Origin: Chrysomallon squamiferum
Taxonomy: Eukaryota > Animalia > Mollusca
Reading direction: 5' to 3'
Length of the DNA stretch: 64,000 nucleotides
NCBI GenBank assembly: GCA_012295275.1
Contig: CM022665.1
Coordinates: forward strand, 29,512,001 to 29,576,000
Below the pieces are notes generated by a model. It worked only from the letters and a program-made list of their open reading frames with translations, searched no databases and was not told where the DNA came from. How positions within the stretch are numbered: the first letter of the stretch is position 1; each line of letters begins with the position of its first letter. Shown one piece after another: positions 63,090 through 64,000 of this stretch. Made by a program: the position numbers and the translations under genes.

Positions 63090-64000
63090 AAATTTATATA
63101 GAACTTTTAAATCATTCACCAACGGTCATAGGTATGCTTTATGAATTGTTTTATGCTTTCGTTTATGGCGTGGTCATAGCTCACGTTGAATAATATTATT
63201 CATCTGTATATGAACGATATTAAATAAAACATTACATTGTATTGCTGTTTTATTTGTTTATATATTTATAGATTTTTAAAAAAAATATATAAATCATTTT
63301 CCATGTCAACTAATTCTGTCATATAGCAGTATATTAAATAAGTGCATTTTCTCTTTTTTATTCTTTTTATTAGAAACTGTAGAATAAAACTGATAATGAT
63401 ATCGCTTCTTACATACCTCTAATAAAATTAAACAATTTACATTATTATATAGGTTAACATTTCAGCGCGCGCGCGCTCATATAGAATATTAAAATGGAAT
63501 TTCAATTTGATTGAACATATTCATTCAGCTGTTATAACCAATTATGCTTTCGTATCTTCTTTAAACAAAATGGAAAAGGGATTGTTGCAATAACTCTGTT
63601 ACAAAATGTGTTACTTTCATATGATAAGAACGATTAATATATCAGGCACAGTTTCTAGCTAGCTTAAAATGAAATATATTTTTTGCATATCATCCTTTAT
63701 AAGTGTTGCATCGAAAATTATATGTAGTTGTCTAGATGCTAGTATATATGTAATAAGAAAATATATACATTTAAATGTTAAGTAAATAAAAATACTAAAT
63801 TATTATGCTTTATCAACTTCACTAATTATTTATGTTATTCAATTTTAAATACTATCAATTTTATAATATTAATTATTTATTTATTTATATTTTGTTTTGT
63901 TTTACATTCTTATCTTTTTGTTACAGCAGCAAAGGAGCAAATAGACTGTTCTACCTTCTGCTTACTGAAATAGTTACATATCGGTAGCATGAAATGGAAA
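63090..64000 (+). other. Possible 5' end of a plus-strand gene divergent from ITPK1 (truncated by the window)
   Basis: Donor CATAG|GTATGC at 63132; strong pyrimidine tract with a CAGCAG acceptor at 63924-63929; ATG at 63989 (MKWK...). CpG is retained from ~62500 onward. Confidence 0.35.

Overview
This is very AT-rich, intron-containing metazoan nuclear DNA; its dispersed repeats suggest a gastropod mollusc (inference from recalled repeat sequences only). I reconstructed seven spliced protein genes by hand, all with GT-AG introns and consistent phases: UQCC3-like (3971-4847, -), C14orf119/DUF4508-like (5851-6180, -), GON7-like (6719-7366, +), mitochondrial acetyl-CoA synthetase ACSS1 (13187-22750, -, 14 exons), a divergent Cdc42/RhoJ/Q-type GTPase (28022-33428, -), a divergent profilin-like protein (34491-38278, +) and ITPK1 (45696-62774, -, 10 exons). 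UQCC3 and the profilin-like gene are absent from the ORF track. Both ends carry partial genes: a possible 5'TOP/TCT-start transcript with a structured ~170-nt intronic RNA candidate at the left, and a gene divergent from ITPK1 at the right. Mobile DNA comprises a TIR MITE, two FLYWCH/MULE-derived copies, an L1/Tx1 RT remnant and degenerate SINE-like copies. I found no CRISPR, tRNA or rRNA. The best leads are the intronic structured RNA, candidate alternative ITPK1 terminal exons, the head-to-head Cdc42-like/profilin-like pair, a recurrent promoter motif and GON7-ITPK1 linkage.
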